From an uncultured virus (IMG/VR IMGVR_UViG_3300032295_003395) (Duplodnaviria; Heunggongvirae; Uroviricota; Caudoviricetes), in IMG/VR virus record IMGVR_UViG_3300032295_003395: a DNA stretch of 54,376 bases, one strand, 5' to 3'. Made by a program: the position numbers and the translations under genes. Positions 1 to 9,027 of this stretch are shown here, one piece after another. A model generated the notes under the pieces. It searched no databases. It was not told the origin of the DNA and saw nothing but the letters and a program-made list of their open reading frames with translations. The first letter of the stretch is position 1. Each line of letters starts with the position of its first letter.

Positions 1-1
1 C

Positions 2-697
2 TTATCAGAATTATATAAGATCGCGTTGGTTCATTTATATTCGCAAGGTTACACCGGAGATGAATTAACTAATTTTGAATTAGATTTAACAGGTCCATCA
101 ATTATCTATGATCAAGAAAAAATTGCTTTGTTAACTCAAAAGGTTGATTTAGCTAAAAACATCATGGAAACTAAATTATTACCAACTGACTGGATTTACG
201 ATCATATATTTAACTTTAGTCAAGATGAATATGATGAATATAGAGATTTATTAGCTGAAGATCAAAAACGTACCTTTAGATTTAAACAATTAGAGGAAGA
301 AGGTAATGACCCTAAAGTTACAGGTCGTTCATACGGTACACCACATGATTTGGCTTCATTGTATGGTAAAGGTAGAATGTATTCTGAACCTGATAGTGTG
401 CCTGTAGGATATGGAGATGATTTAGAATTAGGTCGTCCTGAAGAAAAAGTGACAGATCGCAATACTCAAGATGATTTCTTAGGTAAAGACAGATTAGGAG
501 CAAAAGGAATGAAAAACGATGATAACGAATCAGATTCAATTCGTCCTCAATATAAAGGAAATTCTCCATTAGCACTGGAAGCGAAACAAGTTTATCTTAA
601 AAATAAATCATTAATTGAAAGCATGGTTAAAAAGATTTCAAATAATGAAGATAAACCGAAAGAATCATTGTTAGATGAAAGTCAAATAAGAGAATAA
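2..697 (+). CDS. Portal protein (T4 gp20-like), C-terminal part; 5' end outside window
   Basis: Frame is open from position 2 (LSELYKIALVHLY...). FELDLTGPSIIYDQEKIALL...TDWIYDHIFNFS resembles the gp20 C-terminal region, followed by an acidic tail. Lies upstream of the protease, scaffold and capsid genes. Confidence 0.8.
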   Translation, partial: LSELYKIALVHLYSQGYTGDELTNFELDLTGPSIIYDQEKIALLTQKVDLAKNIMETKLLPTDWIYDHIFNFSQDEYDEYRDLLAEDQKRTFRFKQLEEEGNDPKVTGRSYGTPHDLASLYGKGRMYSEPDSVPVGYGDDLELGRPEEKVTDRNTQDDFLGKDRLGAKGMKNDDNESDSIRPQYKGNSPLALEAKQVYLKNKSLIESMVKKISNNEDKPKESLLDESQIRE

Positions 698-707
698 AAA
701 TCTTTAT

Positions 708-717
708 ATATTTATAA
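708..717 (+). promoter_or_regulatory. Putative late promoter core ATATTTATAA
   Basis: Intergenic copy, 14 nt before ATG 732, of a motif recurring upstream of structural genes. Confidence 0.6.
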
Positions 718-731
718 TAAAACCTTTAAGG

Positions 732-1589
732 ATGAATATAAAACATTCTAAATATAAGAATACGGGCATTCTGTTTGAACTCTTGGTAAGACAAATTACC
801 TCGGATACTTTATCCGGCAAAGATTCAAAAGCAACACATATTCTAAAAAAATATTTTGTTAAAACGGAATTAGGAAGAGAATACAAATTGTATGAAACTC
901 TATCTAAACATAAAAACCTTACAGAAGGTAAAGCAGAAGTTGTAATTAATTCAGTTATTGAATCGTCTAAAAACCTAAACAGAGGTACATTAAAAAGACA
1001 AAAATATAATTTAATTAAAGAAATATCTAAACATTATAATTTAGATGAGTTTTTTAAAACAAAGCTTCCAACTTATAAAACTCATGCTGCTTTATATACT
1101 TTAGTTGAAATATATAACAGTGAATTGTTATCAAATCCTGATCAAATAATCAATAATAAAATTGCTATTTTAGAAAGTTTAACAACACGCGCTGTTGATA
1201 AACAAAAAGTAGAAGATGATTTGATGACTGAATTTCAATCATACGATAAAGATTTACGTATTTTAACATACAAAGTAATGTTAGAAAAATTTAATGGTAA
1301 ATACGCTAATCTGAATGATAACCAAAAATCAGTATTAAAAGAATTTATCAATTCTGTTGATTCAACTCCTAAATTAAAAGAATTTTATAATACTAAAATT
1401 CAAGAAATTAAAAGCGAGTTAAATAAGGTAACTAAAAAAGTTACGGATAAAGTTGTAAAAATAAAATTAAATGAAGTTAACAATATGTTATTACCTTTAG
1501 GCAAATTAGCTAACGTTGGTAATGATGATTTAGTTAATTTATTACAATATTATTCACTTTTAGGAGAACTTCAGAAAGCAAATGGGTAA
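732..1589 (+). CDS. Hypothetical head-module protein, helical
   Basis: 285-aa ORF between portal and protease; starts KHSKYKNTGILFELLVRQI; function not recognised. Confidence 0.7.
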   Translation: MNIKHSKYKNTGILFELLVRQITSDTLSGKDSKATHILKKYFVKTELGREYKLYETLSKHKNLTEGKAEVVINSVIESSKNLNRGTLKRQKYNLIKEISKHYNLDEFFKTKLPTYKTHAALYTLVEIYNSELLSNPDQIINNKIAILESLTTRAVDKQKVEDDLMTEFQSYDKDLRILTYKVMLEKFNGKYANLNDNQKSVLKEFINSVDSTPKLKEFYNTKIQEIKSELNKVTKKVTDKVVKIKLNEVNNMLLPLGKLANVGNDDLVNLLQYYSLLGELQKANG

Positions 1590-2466
1590 TTTTAAATATA
1601 AATTAAAAGAATTAGAAGTTGGGGATGTAGATGTACGTGATGGAAAAAAATCCACACTTACAGATATTGATCCCGAAACAGGTGCTTTAACATGGGATAT
1701 AACAGATGTTCCAGCATTTGATACAACATTTAATAAATTCGCTCAAGCTAGAGATTTTCTTAAAAAACTAGCATCCGATAAAAGTAATGATTCTAAATTT
1801 AGAGAAATATCTAAAAAGGTAACAAATACTTTTAATGATTTCCGTACACATTTAAGAAATAATTACCCTGAAGAATATGCTAAAGTTAAAAATGTAGCAG
1901 AATCATTGGGAAAAGAATTACAAGAAATGTCTTCCATTGGTTCAAACTCAGGATTTATATCTGGTGGAGAAGGTGAAAATCATAATGGTCCGTCTCCCAA
2001 AAAATCTACTAAAGGAAATTACGGTGCTTATTCTCAAGTAGGATATAAAAAAGTAGCAGAAGGTCCTGGTGCTACTTTAGGCCCTGGCCCATCTGCCGGT
2101 CCTGAAGGAGTAAAAAATAATATATATGTCAAAGATTTTAAATTTAAATTAGTTGACAAAAAAAAACTAAATAAAGCAGCAAAAGGTATTGAAGTTAAAC
2201 CACTTTGGGAAGCAGATACTGATGTTGAATCTTATTTAACAGATCTAAACATAGTAGACCCTGATAAGAAAAAATTTATCAGTAGTCGTATTTTAGGATT
2301 TGATGAATTAGAAAGAAAGTTAAATGAGTTAATACCATTATTGCAACAAGCAAAACATGAAACTATGGATTATTATAGAGAAAATCCAAATTCATTTGCT
2401 GTAGTATATGGAACTGATTTAGCAAATGATTATGTAAACGATTTAATAGAATTATTTAAAAAATAA
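1582..2466 (+). CDS. Hypothetical, possible internal head/prohead core protein
   Basis: 294 aa, overlaps the upstream stop. Several L/V-x-E sites (LKE, VAE, LQE, LWE) separate low-complexity segments. Confidence 0.6.
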   Translation: MGNFKYKLKELEVGDVDVRDGKKSTLTDIDPETGALTWDITDVPAFDTTFNKFAQARDFLKKLASDKSNDSKFREISKKVTNTFNDFRTHLRNNYPEEYAKVKNVAESLGKELQEMSSIGSNSGFISGGEGENHNGPSPKKSTKGNYGAYSQVGYKKVAEGPGATLGPGPSAGPEGVKNNIYVKDFKFKLVDKKKLNKAAKGIEVKPLWEADTDVESYLTDLNIVDPDKKKFISSRILGFDELERKLNELIPLLQQAKHETMDYYRENPNSFAVVYGTDLANDYVNDLIELFKK

Positions 2467-2470
2467 AAAT

Positions 2471-2698
2471 ATGGCAAACATCCCCGTTAACGCAACCGGA
2501 ATATTAACTACGACTTCTATAACTGGGTCGTATGGTGGTTTCACAGTAGTATCAGGTTCAGCAACATTTACAGGATTAAAAGATGCAGAAGGTAGAGAAT
2601 TAACTACAACAGATTGGGTTATTCCTGCTGGAGTAACTGTTCCTCTTTATGTAACAAGTGCTTCTTTATCAAGTGGAGCTGTAATATTTTATCCATAA
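2471..2698 (+). CDS. Small Ser/Thr-rich beta protein, possible capsid decoration
   Basis: 75 aa, beta-strand-like pattern with TGS/SGS/SAS motifs, in the head module. Confidence 0.5.
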   Translation: MANIPVNATGILTTTSITGSYGGFTVVSGSATFTGLKDAEGRELTTTDWVIPAGVTVPLYVTSASLSSGAVIFYP

Positions 2699-2707
2699 TA
2701 TTTATAA
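2698..2707 (+). promoter_or_regulatory. Putative late promoter core ATATTTATAA
   Basis: Motif immediately before ATG 2711. Confidence 0.5.
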
Positions 2708-2710
2708 CAA

Positions 2711-3325
2711 ATGAAAACACTACAACAAGAGTATCAATTAATAAAAGAAGGAAAAGGTAATAAAGATCATTTCCTAAAAATGGCTAGAAATATGTTTCCT
2801 GAGTATGTTGCTCATGGTAATGATTTCAATTCTGCTGTTTCCATCTTAAAAAGTAAAAGTCTTTTAAGTGAAGCAATAGGTGGAGTAGTTACTCAATCCC
2901 CCAACCAACCAGACTGGTTTAAAATTTTTAATGAAAAATTAGAAGAAGCAGTAGGTGTTAAGGATAAAAAAGAATATGGTGATCAAAATTCATTTGAAAA
3001 ACCTGCTCCTGAAGTAGCTAAAGATTTAGCTAATCAATTCGATAATAAAGATCCTAAAAATATTGATAACCTTTATGGTCAATCATTTTTATTAGGTTAT
3101 TTAACAGAAATGGGTGATCCTAAAAATGCTAAAAAAACAGTTGATGAATTAAAAGCTATTGTTGCTAAAAACATGGCTAAAGATATTAACTATTACCACA
3201 CAAATGCCTTTGCTGGTATTAAAGGAATTGGATACCAAACAGAAGCACCTGGATTAGGTGAACCTAAAGCTCCAAAAGGAAAATATAAATCAAGTGGCTA
3301 CGGTGATTTAGATAAAAAGAAATAA
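2711..3325 (+). CDS. Hypothetical, possible prohead core/internal protein
   Basis: 204 aa directly upstream of the protease; IKE, LSE, LEE and LTE sites. Confidence 0.6.
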   Translation: MKTLQQEYQLIKEGKGNKDHFLKMARNMFPEYVAHGNDFNSAVSILKSKSLLSEAIGGVVTQSPNQPDWFKIFNEKLEEAVGVKDKKEYGDQNSFEKPAPEVAKDLANQFDNKDPKNIDNLYGQSFLLGYLTEMGDPKNAKKTVDELKAIVAKNMAKDINYYHTNAFAGIKGIGYQTEAPGLGEPKAPKGKYKSSGYGDLDKKK

Positions 3326-3326
3326 T

Positions 3327-3932
3327 ATGAAACAAGTATTAATTGAAACGATCCCGTTTTCGGTATCACCATTAAGTTTAACTGAAGGCCTTAAAGCCCC
3401 ATCAGGTAATCCATTGGTGGAAGGAATACTTGCTACAGCCGAAGTAAAAAACGGGAACGGTAGATATTATCCAAAAGAACTTTGGGAAAGAGAAATCGAT
3501 AAGTATTCTCAAATCGTTAAAGAAAACAGAGCAACAGGAGAATTAGACCACCCAGATTCTACTATTATCAACCTAAAAAATGTATCACATATTATACGTG
3601 AAATTTGGTGGGATGGCGATAAAGTAATGGGTAAATTAGAGATCCTACCAACTGTGTCAGGTAATATTTTAAAAGCGCTTATAGACAATAATGTTACGGT
3701 AGGTGTATCATCTCGTGGTATGGGTTCATTAAAACAAATTGGTGAAACTTTAGAAGTACAAGATGATTTCGAATTACTATGTTGGGATTTCGTATCAACC
3801 CCTTCTAACCCAGGTTCATATATGCATTTAGTAAGAGAAGGCAAAGAAAATCTTCCAGAAAATAAATTCGCAAAAGTAAATTCTCTATTAACTGAGATAC
3901 TTTGCGCTAATGGGACTTGTCCTATTTTTTAA
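3327..3932 (+). CDS. Prohead core protease (T4 gp21-like)
   Basis: NGNGRYYP, GELDHP, VSH, GVSSRGMGS and DFVSTPS motifs typical of gp21. Confidence 0.95.
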   Translation: MKQVLIETIPFSVSPLSLTEGLKAPSGNPLVEGILATAEVKNGNGRYYPKELWEREIDKYSQIVKENRATGELDHPDSTIINLKNVSHIIREIWWDGDKVMGKLEILPTVSGNILKALIDNNVTVGVSSRGMGSLKQIGETLEVQDDFELLCWDFVSTPSNPGSYMHLVREGKENLPENKFAKVNSLLTEILCANGTCPIF

Positions 3933-3943
3933 GACGCCTGCTA

Positions 3944-3980
3944 CCTTAGGCAATCCCCCCTTAGGATTTTATTCCTTCGG
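3944..3980. repeat. Three CCTT(A/C)GG heptamers at exact 15-nt spacing
   Basis: CCTTAGG 3944-3950, CCTTAGG 3959-3965, CCTTCGG 3974-3980. Confidence 0.75.
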
Positions 3981-3982
3981 CC

Positions 3983-4009
3983 AAAGCCCTCGAAAGAGGG
4001 CTTTTTTTT
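3983..4009 (+). terminator. Rho-independent terminator
   Basis: AAAGCCCTC-GAAA-GAGGGCTTT stem-loop followed by a T run. Confidence 0.9.
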
Positions 4010-4020
4010 ACGTCACATGC

Positions 4021-4047
4021 GATTTTGAAGAATCTTGATATATGTAT
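4021..4047 (+). promoter_or_regulatory. Extended late promoter for scaffold-capsid operon, GATTTTGAAGA-N8-ATATGTAT
   Basis: Same upstream 11-mer and spacing as the element before the tail sheath gene (25894-25920). Confidence 0.65.
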
Positions 4048-4157
4048 CATCATAATATGCAATCTCATATATTGCATTAAATTAATAAATCTTATTACGC
4101 TTCGACAATCGTCAACATTAAGCGTATTTCCAACAAACAAATTTGAGGACAAACAGT

Positions 4158-5492
4158 ATGAACAACAGAGACTTGCTAAAAGAAGCAATCGCTGATGCAA
4201 AAGCCGTTAAAGAAACTGCTATTGCAAACGCAAAGGCTGCTCTTGAAGAAGCGTTCACACCTTATTTGAAAGAAAAGTTAGCTGCAAAGTTAGCGGAAAT
4301 GGATGATATGGAAGAAGCTGAAGACAAGAAGCTTGCCGAAACTGAAGACGAGAAGGAAGTTAAGGAAAATTTCGACATGGATGAATCTAAAGAAATGGAT
4401 GAAGCTGAAACAATGGATGAAGCTGAAGAAATGGAAGAAGGTGAAACAATGGACGAAATGGACTTAGACGAACTTCTTAGAGAACTCGATGAAATGGAAG
4501 AAGGAGAAAAAGAGGAAATGATGGAAGGTGAAGAAGACCTAATCAATGATCCTAAAGGTCCTACAGCACACGGTAACGTAGCTGAAGAGGAAGAAGCTGG
4601 TGAAGCTGAAATGGGAGAAGAAGATGAGGAAATTGATCTTGAAAACATGACTGAAGATGATCTTAAATCATTTATCGAATCAGTAATCGCTGATATGGTA
4701 GCCGCAGGCGAACTAGAAGGCGAAATGGAAGGTGAAGAAGGTGAAGAAGAAGGTGAAGAAGAATCTTCGGAAGAAGAAGAAATCAACATCGACGAATTAG
4801 TAGCTGAATTAGCTGAAAGAAAAAAGTACGGTGGTAACAAAGGCGACGTACCTGCTTCTAAACGTGGTGATAAAAAAGACACTGCTGAAGAAGAAGGCGT
4901 TGAAGATTACAAGAAAAAGAAAGTAGCTGAGATATATGATATCGGAGCTATGAATATTTCTGACACCCAAGCTATTCTTGCTGCTATTGCTGGTGCCGTT
5001 GGAGTTCCTTTAGTTTCCATTATAGCTGCTTATGCCGAAGACAAAATCAGAGGTGTTAAAGACCTTATTAAAGGTAAAAAAGCAGGAGCTATGGAAGAAG
5101 GAGATGACATGTATGAAGCTGAAGTAGATGAAATGAAAGAAAAGCTTAAAGAAGCTTATTCTACTATTGAAACTATTAAAGCTGATTTAAATGAAGTTAA
5201 TTTATTAAATGCTAAATTACTTTACACCAACAAAATCTTCAGAGCCAAAAACTTGACCGAAAGTCAAAAAGTAAAAGTATTGGAAGCTTTTGATAAAGCA
5301 ACCACTGCAAAAGAAGCAAAATTAGTATTTGAAACTTTATCAAGCGAAGTAAAAGAGAGAAAATCCTCAGTAACTGAATCTATGATAGGTGGTGCTTCTA
5401 AAGCAGCAGGTATTGCTCCAACAAAATCTCCAATTCTTGAGGTAAATGACCAATTTGCTAGATGGCAACATTTGGCCGGAATTACAAAATAA
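4158..5492 (+). CDS. Prohead scaffold/core protein (T4 gp22-equivalent)
   Basis: Very acidic and coiled-coil, between protease and capsid; LLKEAIADAKAVKE N-terminus and LNEVNLLNAKLLY C-terminal block. ATG 4158 preferred over TTG 4143. Confidence 0.85.
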   Translation: MNNRDLLKEAIADAKAVKETAIANAKAALEEAFTPYLKEKLAAKLAEMDDMEEAEDKKLAETEDEKEVKENFDMDESKEMDEAETMDEAEEMEEGETMDEMDLDELLRELDEMEEGEKEEMMEGEEDLINDPKGPTAHGNVAEEEEAGEAEMGEEDEEIDLENMTEDDLKSFIESVIADMVAAGELEGEMEGEEGEEEGEEESSEEEEINIDELVAELAERKKYGGNKGDVPASKRGDKKDTAEEEGVEDYKKKKVAEIYDIGAMNISDTQAILAAIAGAVGVPLVSIIAAYAEDKIRGVKDLIKGKKAGAMEEGDDMYEAEVDEMKEKLKEAYSTIETIKADLNEVNLLNAKLLYTNKIFRAKNLTESQKVKVLEAFDKATTAKEAKLVFETLSSEVKERKSSVTESMIGGASKAAGIAPTKSPILEVNDQFARWQHLAGITK

Positions 5493-5521
5493 TTTTAAAC
5501 AACTAAAAACAACTAAAAACA

Positions 5522-7258
5522 ATGTCACAAGTACAACAATTATTAGAAAGCGCAGCTGGCTCTTGGAAGTCACTTCAAAGCGACGCTGCTAAATTAGCTG
5601 GAAAATGGTCAAAAACAGGACTATTGGAAGGTTTAGGTGAGCTTGAAAAGAACAATATGTCAATCATGTTGGAAAACCAAGCAAAACAATTAGTAACTGA
5701 AAACAATACTATTTCTTCTAACTCTTCATTCGTTTCTAACGGACAAGGTGAGAACTGGGCTGGTATCGCTCTTCCATTGGTACGTAAAGTATTCGGTACT
5801 ATCGTAGCAAAAGAATTCGTTTCAGTTCAACCAATGAACATGCCTTCAGGTCTAGTGTTCTTCTTAGATTTCCAATATGGAAACACTAAGTCTCCATTTA
5901 CTGAAGGTCAATCATTATATGGTACTCGTAATACAGCTTCTCAGTTCCCATTCTCTACTCCTAACCCAGTAGGTGGTTTATATGGTGGACCAGAAGGTCG
6001 TTTTACGTATGCTACTAACACCTTCTCAGGTTCAGCTACAATTACTACAGCTTCAATCTCAACAGCTACTTACAATGATGTAGATTTTGATTCAGATTTT
6101 TCAGCTTCAATCGCAGCTGGTGAAATTTATGAAATCATTTTCCCTAACGCAAGTACAAACTTAGTAGGATTTGACCAAGATGCAGTACGTGGATTCCAGT
6201 TATACTCAGGTTCATCTGCAACAGCAGGACCTTTAGCTGCTTCTTCAGTTTTAAATCAATTCACAACTTACAACTACACAAATAACACGATTACTTTCTA
6301 CGTAACAGCTTCTGCTTCAGGTATCGGTACATTCTTCGTGAATTCAGGTACTTATGTAGTATTATTCCAAAGAGCTGGTAACCAAGATGGTATCCCAACT
6401 TATTCAGGTGGTAATAACTACAGTGGATCTGGTCGTGGTGATTTCGAAGCTTCAGGTTCTTTCGCAGTACCTAACGCCGCTTCAAATGCACAAATCGTTA
6501 TCCCAGAGATTAACGTTAGAATGCAATCTCAAGCCATCACTGCTAAAACTAAAAAGTTAAAAGCTGTATGGACTCCTGAGTTCGCTCAAGATTTAGCTGC
6601 TTACCAAAACATCGATGCTGAAGCTGAATTAACAAACATCATGTCTGAGTACATTTCAATGGAAATTGATTTGGAAATCTTAGATATGTTGATTGAAGAT
6701 GCTGCTGCTGCAACTGAGTACTGGTCAGCTATCAACAACCAAGTTATTAACGCTACTGGTACTGCTTTCACAAACAATACTTCAGCATTCTATAACACAC
6801 AAGGTCAGTGGTTCCAAACATTAGGTACTAAAATCCAAAAAGTATCTAATAAAATTCACCAGTTGACTTTAAGAGGTGGTGCTAATTTCTTAGTAACTTC
6901 TCCAACTATCGCTACTATCCTTGAATCAATCCCAGGATTCGCTTCTACAAACAATGGTGAAGCTGATCAAATGGAATATGCATTCGGTGTACAAAAAGTA
7001 GGTTCAGTTAACGGTCGTTACAAAGTTTACAAAAACCCTTACATGACTGAAAACTTGATCTTAATGGGATACAGAGGTTCACAATTCTTGGAAACAGGTG
7101 CTGTGTTTGCTCCATACATTCCGTTAATCATGACACCATTAGTGTACGATCCAGAAACATTTACTCCACGTAAAGGTCTCTTGACTCGTTACGCTAAGAA
7201 AATGTTACGTCCTGAATTCTATGGTAAAATCTATGTAAATGGATTGAATACTATCTAA
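5522..7258 (+). CDS. Major capsid protein (T4 gp23-like)
   Basis: LPLVRKVF, VSVQPMNMPSGLVFFLDF, KTKKLKAVWTPEFAQDL, EAELT..EIDLEI, APYIPL and FTPRKGLLTRYA motifs. Confidence 0.97.
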   Translation: MSQVQQLLESAAGSWKSLQSDAAKLAGKWSKTGLLEGLGELEKNNMSIMLENQAKQLVTENNTISSNSSFVSNGQGENWAGIALPLVRKVFGTIVAKEFVSVQPMNMPSGLVFFLDFQYGNTKSPFTEGQSLYGTRNTASQFPFSTPNPVGGLYGGPEGRFTYATNTFSGSATITTASISTATYNDVDFDSDFSASIAAGEIYEIIFPNASTNLVGFDQDAVRGFQLYSGSSATAGPLAASSVLNQFTTYNYTNNTITFYVTASASGIGTFFVNSGTYVVLFQRAGNQDGIPTYSGGNNYSGSGRGDFEASGSFAVPNAASNAQIVIPEINVRMQSQAITAKTKKLKAVWTPEFAQDLAAYQNIDAEAELTNIMSEYISMEIDLEILDMLIEDAAAATEYWSAINNQVINATGTAFTNNTSAFYNTQGQWFQTLGTKIQKVSNKIHQLTLRGGANFLVTSPTIATILESIPGFASTNNGEADQMEYAFGVQKVGSVNGRYKVYKNPYMTENLILMGYRGSQFLETGAVFAPYIPLIMTPLVYDPETFTPRKGLLTRYAKKMLRPEFYGKIYVNGLNTI

Positions 7259-7282
7259 TTTAGAATAACATTAGATTAAAAG

Positions 7283-7310
7283 AAGCCCCGAGAAATCGGG
7301 GCTTTTTTTT
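7283..7310 (+). terminator. Rho-independent terminator after capsid gene
   Basis: AAGCCCCGA-GAAA-TCGGGGCTT plus T run. Confidence 0.92.
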
Positions 7311-7329
7311 ACTTATAGGAAACTACCTA

Positions 7330-7339
7330 ATATGTATAA
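7330..7339 (+). promoter_or_regulatory. Putative late promoter core ATATGTATAA
   Basis: Motif variant between the terminator and ATG 7361. Confidence 0.55.
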
Positions 7340-7360
7340 CAAAACAATAAAATTAGTTAC

Positions 7361-8278
7361 ATGATTAAAGAAACACCAAGTCAGTTACATTTACAAAGTT
7401 TTGTGATGAACTTCCCATTCACTTTATCAACAAGTGATCCAAACAACATCTGGATGCAAGAATTAACAGATGAGGAATTAGCAGTTAATAGACCAAAAGC
7501 TTATAAACAATTTATGGACTTATACAACTTTGTATCAGGCCAATCTTTAGTTTATTTGTTACCATCTGAAGGAAATTTCCAAGATCAGGTTTATGTAGCT
7601 AATTTAGGACTTCAATTACCTCATATTAAAGATGATAATGTTATTTTATTATCAAACTACACATCAGATCCTCGTAAAGGTGAAGAATTAGTAGGTGAAA
7701 AATTCTTTAATCAAATGGGTTATACAACTCATATTGCTCCTCATAAATGGGAAGGTGAAGCAGATATTAAATATCTATATGACAATGTTTATATTGGTGG
7801 TTATGGTATCCGTTCAAATATTAAAGCATATGAATGGATGGAAAAAGAATTTGATATGAATATTCTTAAATTAGCAATGACTGATGAATATATGTACCAT
7901 TTAGATTGTTCTATTTTTGCATTGAATCAAGATCAAACATTGGTTTGTACTGAATTATATGATCCTGAAGAAATTAAAATGTTAGAAAAACATACTGATA
8001 TTATTGATGTAAATGTTGATGATGCTTTAGGTGGAATGACCAACTCCGTAAGATTAGGAAACATGGTTCTATGTGCTTCTAATATCTCAGAAATGAAAAA
8101 ATCACATGAATATTATGAAGGTGAAAAACATAAAATAGAAACATTAGAAAAAATTTGTTCTGATGCTGGTATGGAACCTGTAATTTTCAATCTATCAGAA
8201 TATATGAAATCAGGTGCTATGTTGTCTTGTATGATGATGCATTTGAATAGAGTTGATCACAGCAAAACCTTACTATAA
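7361..8278 (+). CDS. Pentein (amidinotransferase/deiminase) family enzyme, arginine dihydrolase (ArgZ/AgrE N-domain)-like
   Basis: NNIWM, DQVYVAN, RKGEE, WEGEAD, GYGIRS, YHLD and LSEYMKSGAMLSC motifs; putative Glu131-His180-Cys290 triad. Confidence 0.85.
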   Translation: MIKETPSQLHLQSFVMNFPFTLSTSDPNNIWMQELTDEELAVNRPKAYKQFMDLYNFVSGQSLVYLLPSEGNFQDQVYVANLGLQLPHIKDDNVILLSNYTSDPRKGEELVGEKFFNQMGYTTHIAPHKWEGEADIKYLYDNVYIGGYGIRSNIKAYEWMEKEFDMNILKLAMTDEYMYHLDCSIFALNQDQTLVCTELYDPEEIKMLEKHTDIIDVNVDDALGGMTNSVRLGNMVLCASNISEMKKSHEYYEGEKHKIETLEKICSDAGMEPVIFNLSEYMKSGAMLSCMMMHLNRVDHSKTLL

Positions 8279-9027
8279 TGGCACAGACATTAACTGACTG
8301 GTTAAACGGTGAGGTAAAAGAGTTATCTAAACTTCCTGTTGGTGAATTAAGTAATACTTTTTTCTTTAGAGACCCAATTCGACCAAATTATATTGATTTC
8401 GAACATTTTTACAGTCCAGCTGATGGAACTATTATATATCAAAAGGTTGTTCAACCTGATGAAGCAGTTGTGGAGATTAAAGGTATTAATTATACCTTAA
8501 AAGACGTAATGGGTGATGATGAGTATAATAAACCATCATTAGTAATTGGCATATTTATGTCGTTTTATGATGTCCATATTAACAGAATACCTTATGGTGG
8601 TGTCCTTACGTATGAACATTTAGAACCCATTGAATCAACAAATAGACCAATGTTAGCAGTTGAGAAGGATATCCTAAATAAGGTAATCAACCCCAATAAC
8701 ATGGAGTATTTGAAACATAACGAACGAATGTTTAACCAAGTGTATGTTCCTTCTCTAGATTACACATACTACTTAATACAAATTGCCGATGAAGACGTAA
8801 ACGTGATTGCACCGTTTAAAAAACAGCAAGATCTTTGCGCTCAAAACGAAAGATTTAGCTTGATTAGATGGGGGTCGCAAGTAGATTTAGTTCTACCTTT
8901 AGACGACAGATTTAATTTTGAGACTGTATTAGATGATGCTATGCACGTTAATGCAGGACTTGATAAATTAGTAAAAATCAATTTCCAAGACAATGGCATC
9001 AAATCATCATACCGACGAGGTATTTAG
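8278..9027 (+). CDS. psd: Phosphatidylserine decarboxylase-family pyruvoyl proenzyme with no apparent membrane anchor
   Basis: FFRDP, SPADG, IFMSFYDVHINRIP, NER and IRWGSQVD (G199|S200 self-cleavage). TAATG overlap with the upstream gene. Confidence 0.85.
   Translation: MAQTLTDWLNGEVKELSKLPVGELSNTFFFRDPIRPNYIDFEHFYSPADGTIIYQKVVQPDEAVVEIKGINYTLKDVMGDDEYNKPSLVIGIFMSFYDVHINRIPYGGVLTYEHLEPIESTNRPMLAVEKDILNKVINPNNMEYLKHNERMFNQVYVPSLDYTYYLIQIADEDVNVIAPFKKQQDLCAQNERFSLIRWGSQVDLVLPLDDRFNFETVLDDAMHVNAGLDKLVKINFQDNGIKSSYRRGI

Noticed and set aside
4262..4882. 206-aa Ser-rich minus-strand ORF
   Set aside because: Shadow of GAA-rich scaffold codons.
7361..8278. Amidinotransferase as the archaeosine (dG+) synthase of the que cluster
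   Set aside because: Known G+ synthases are ArcS, Gat-QueC and QueF-like, not pentein enzymes. The gene is 42 kb away, late-type and coupled to the PSD-like gene. Not excluded, but unsupported.
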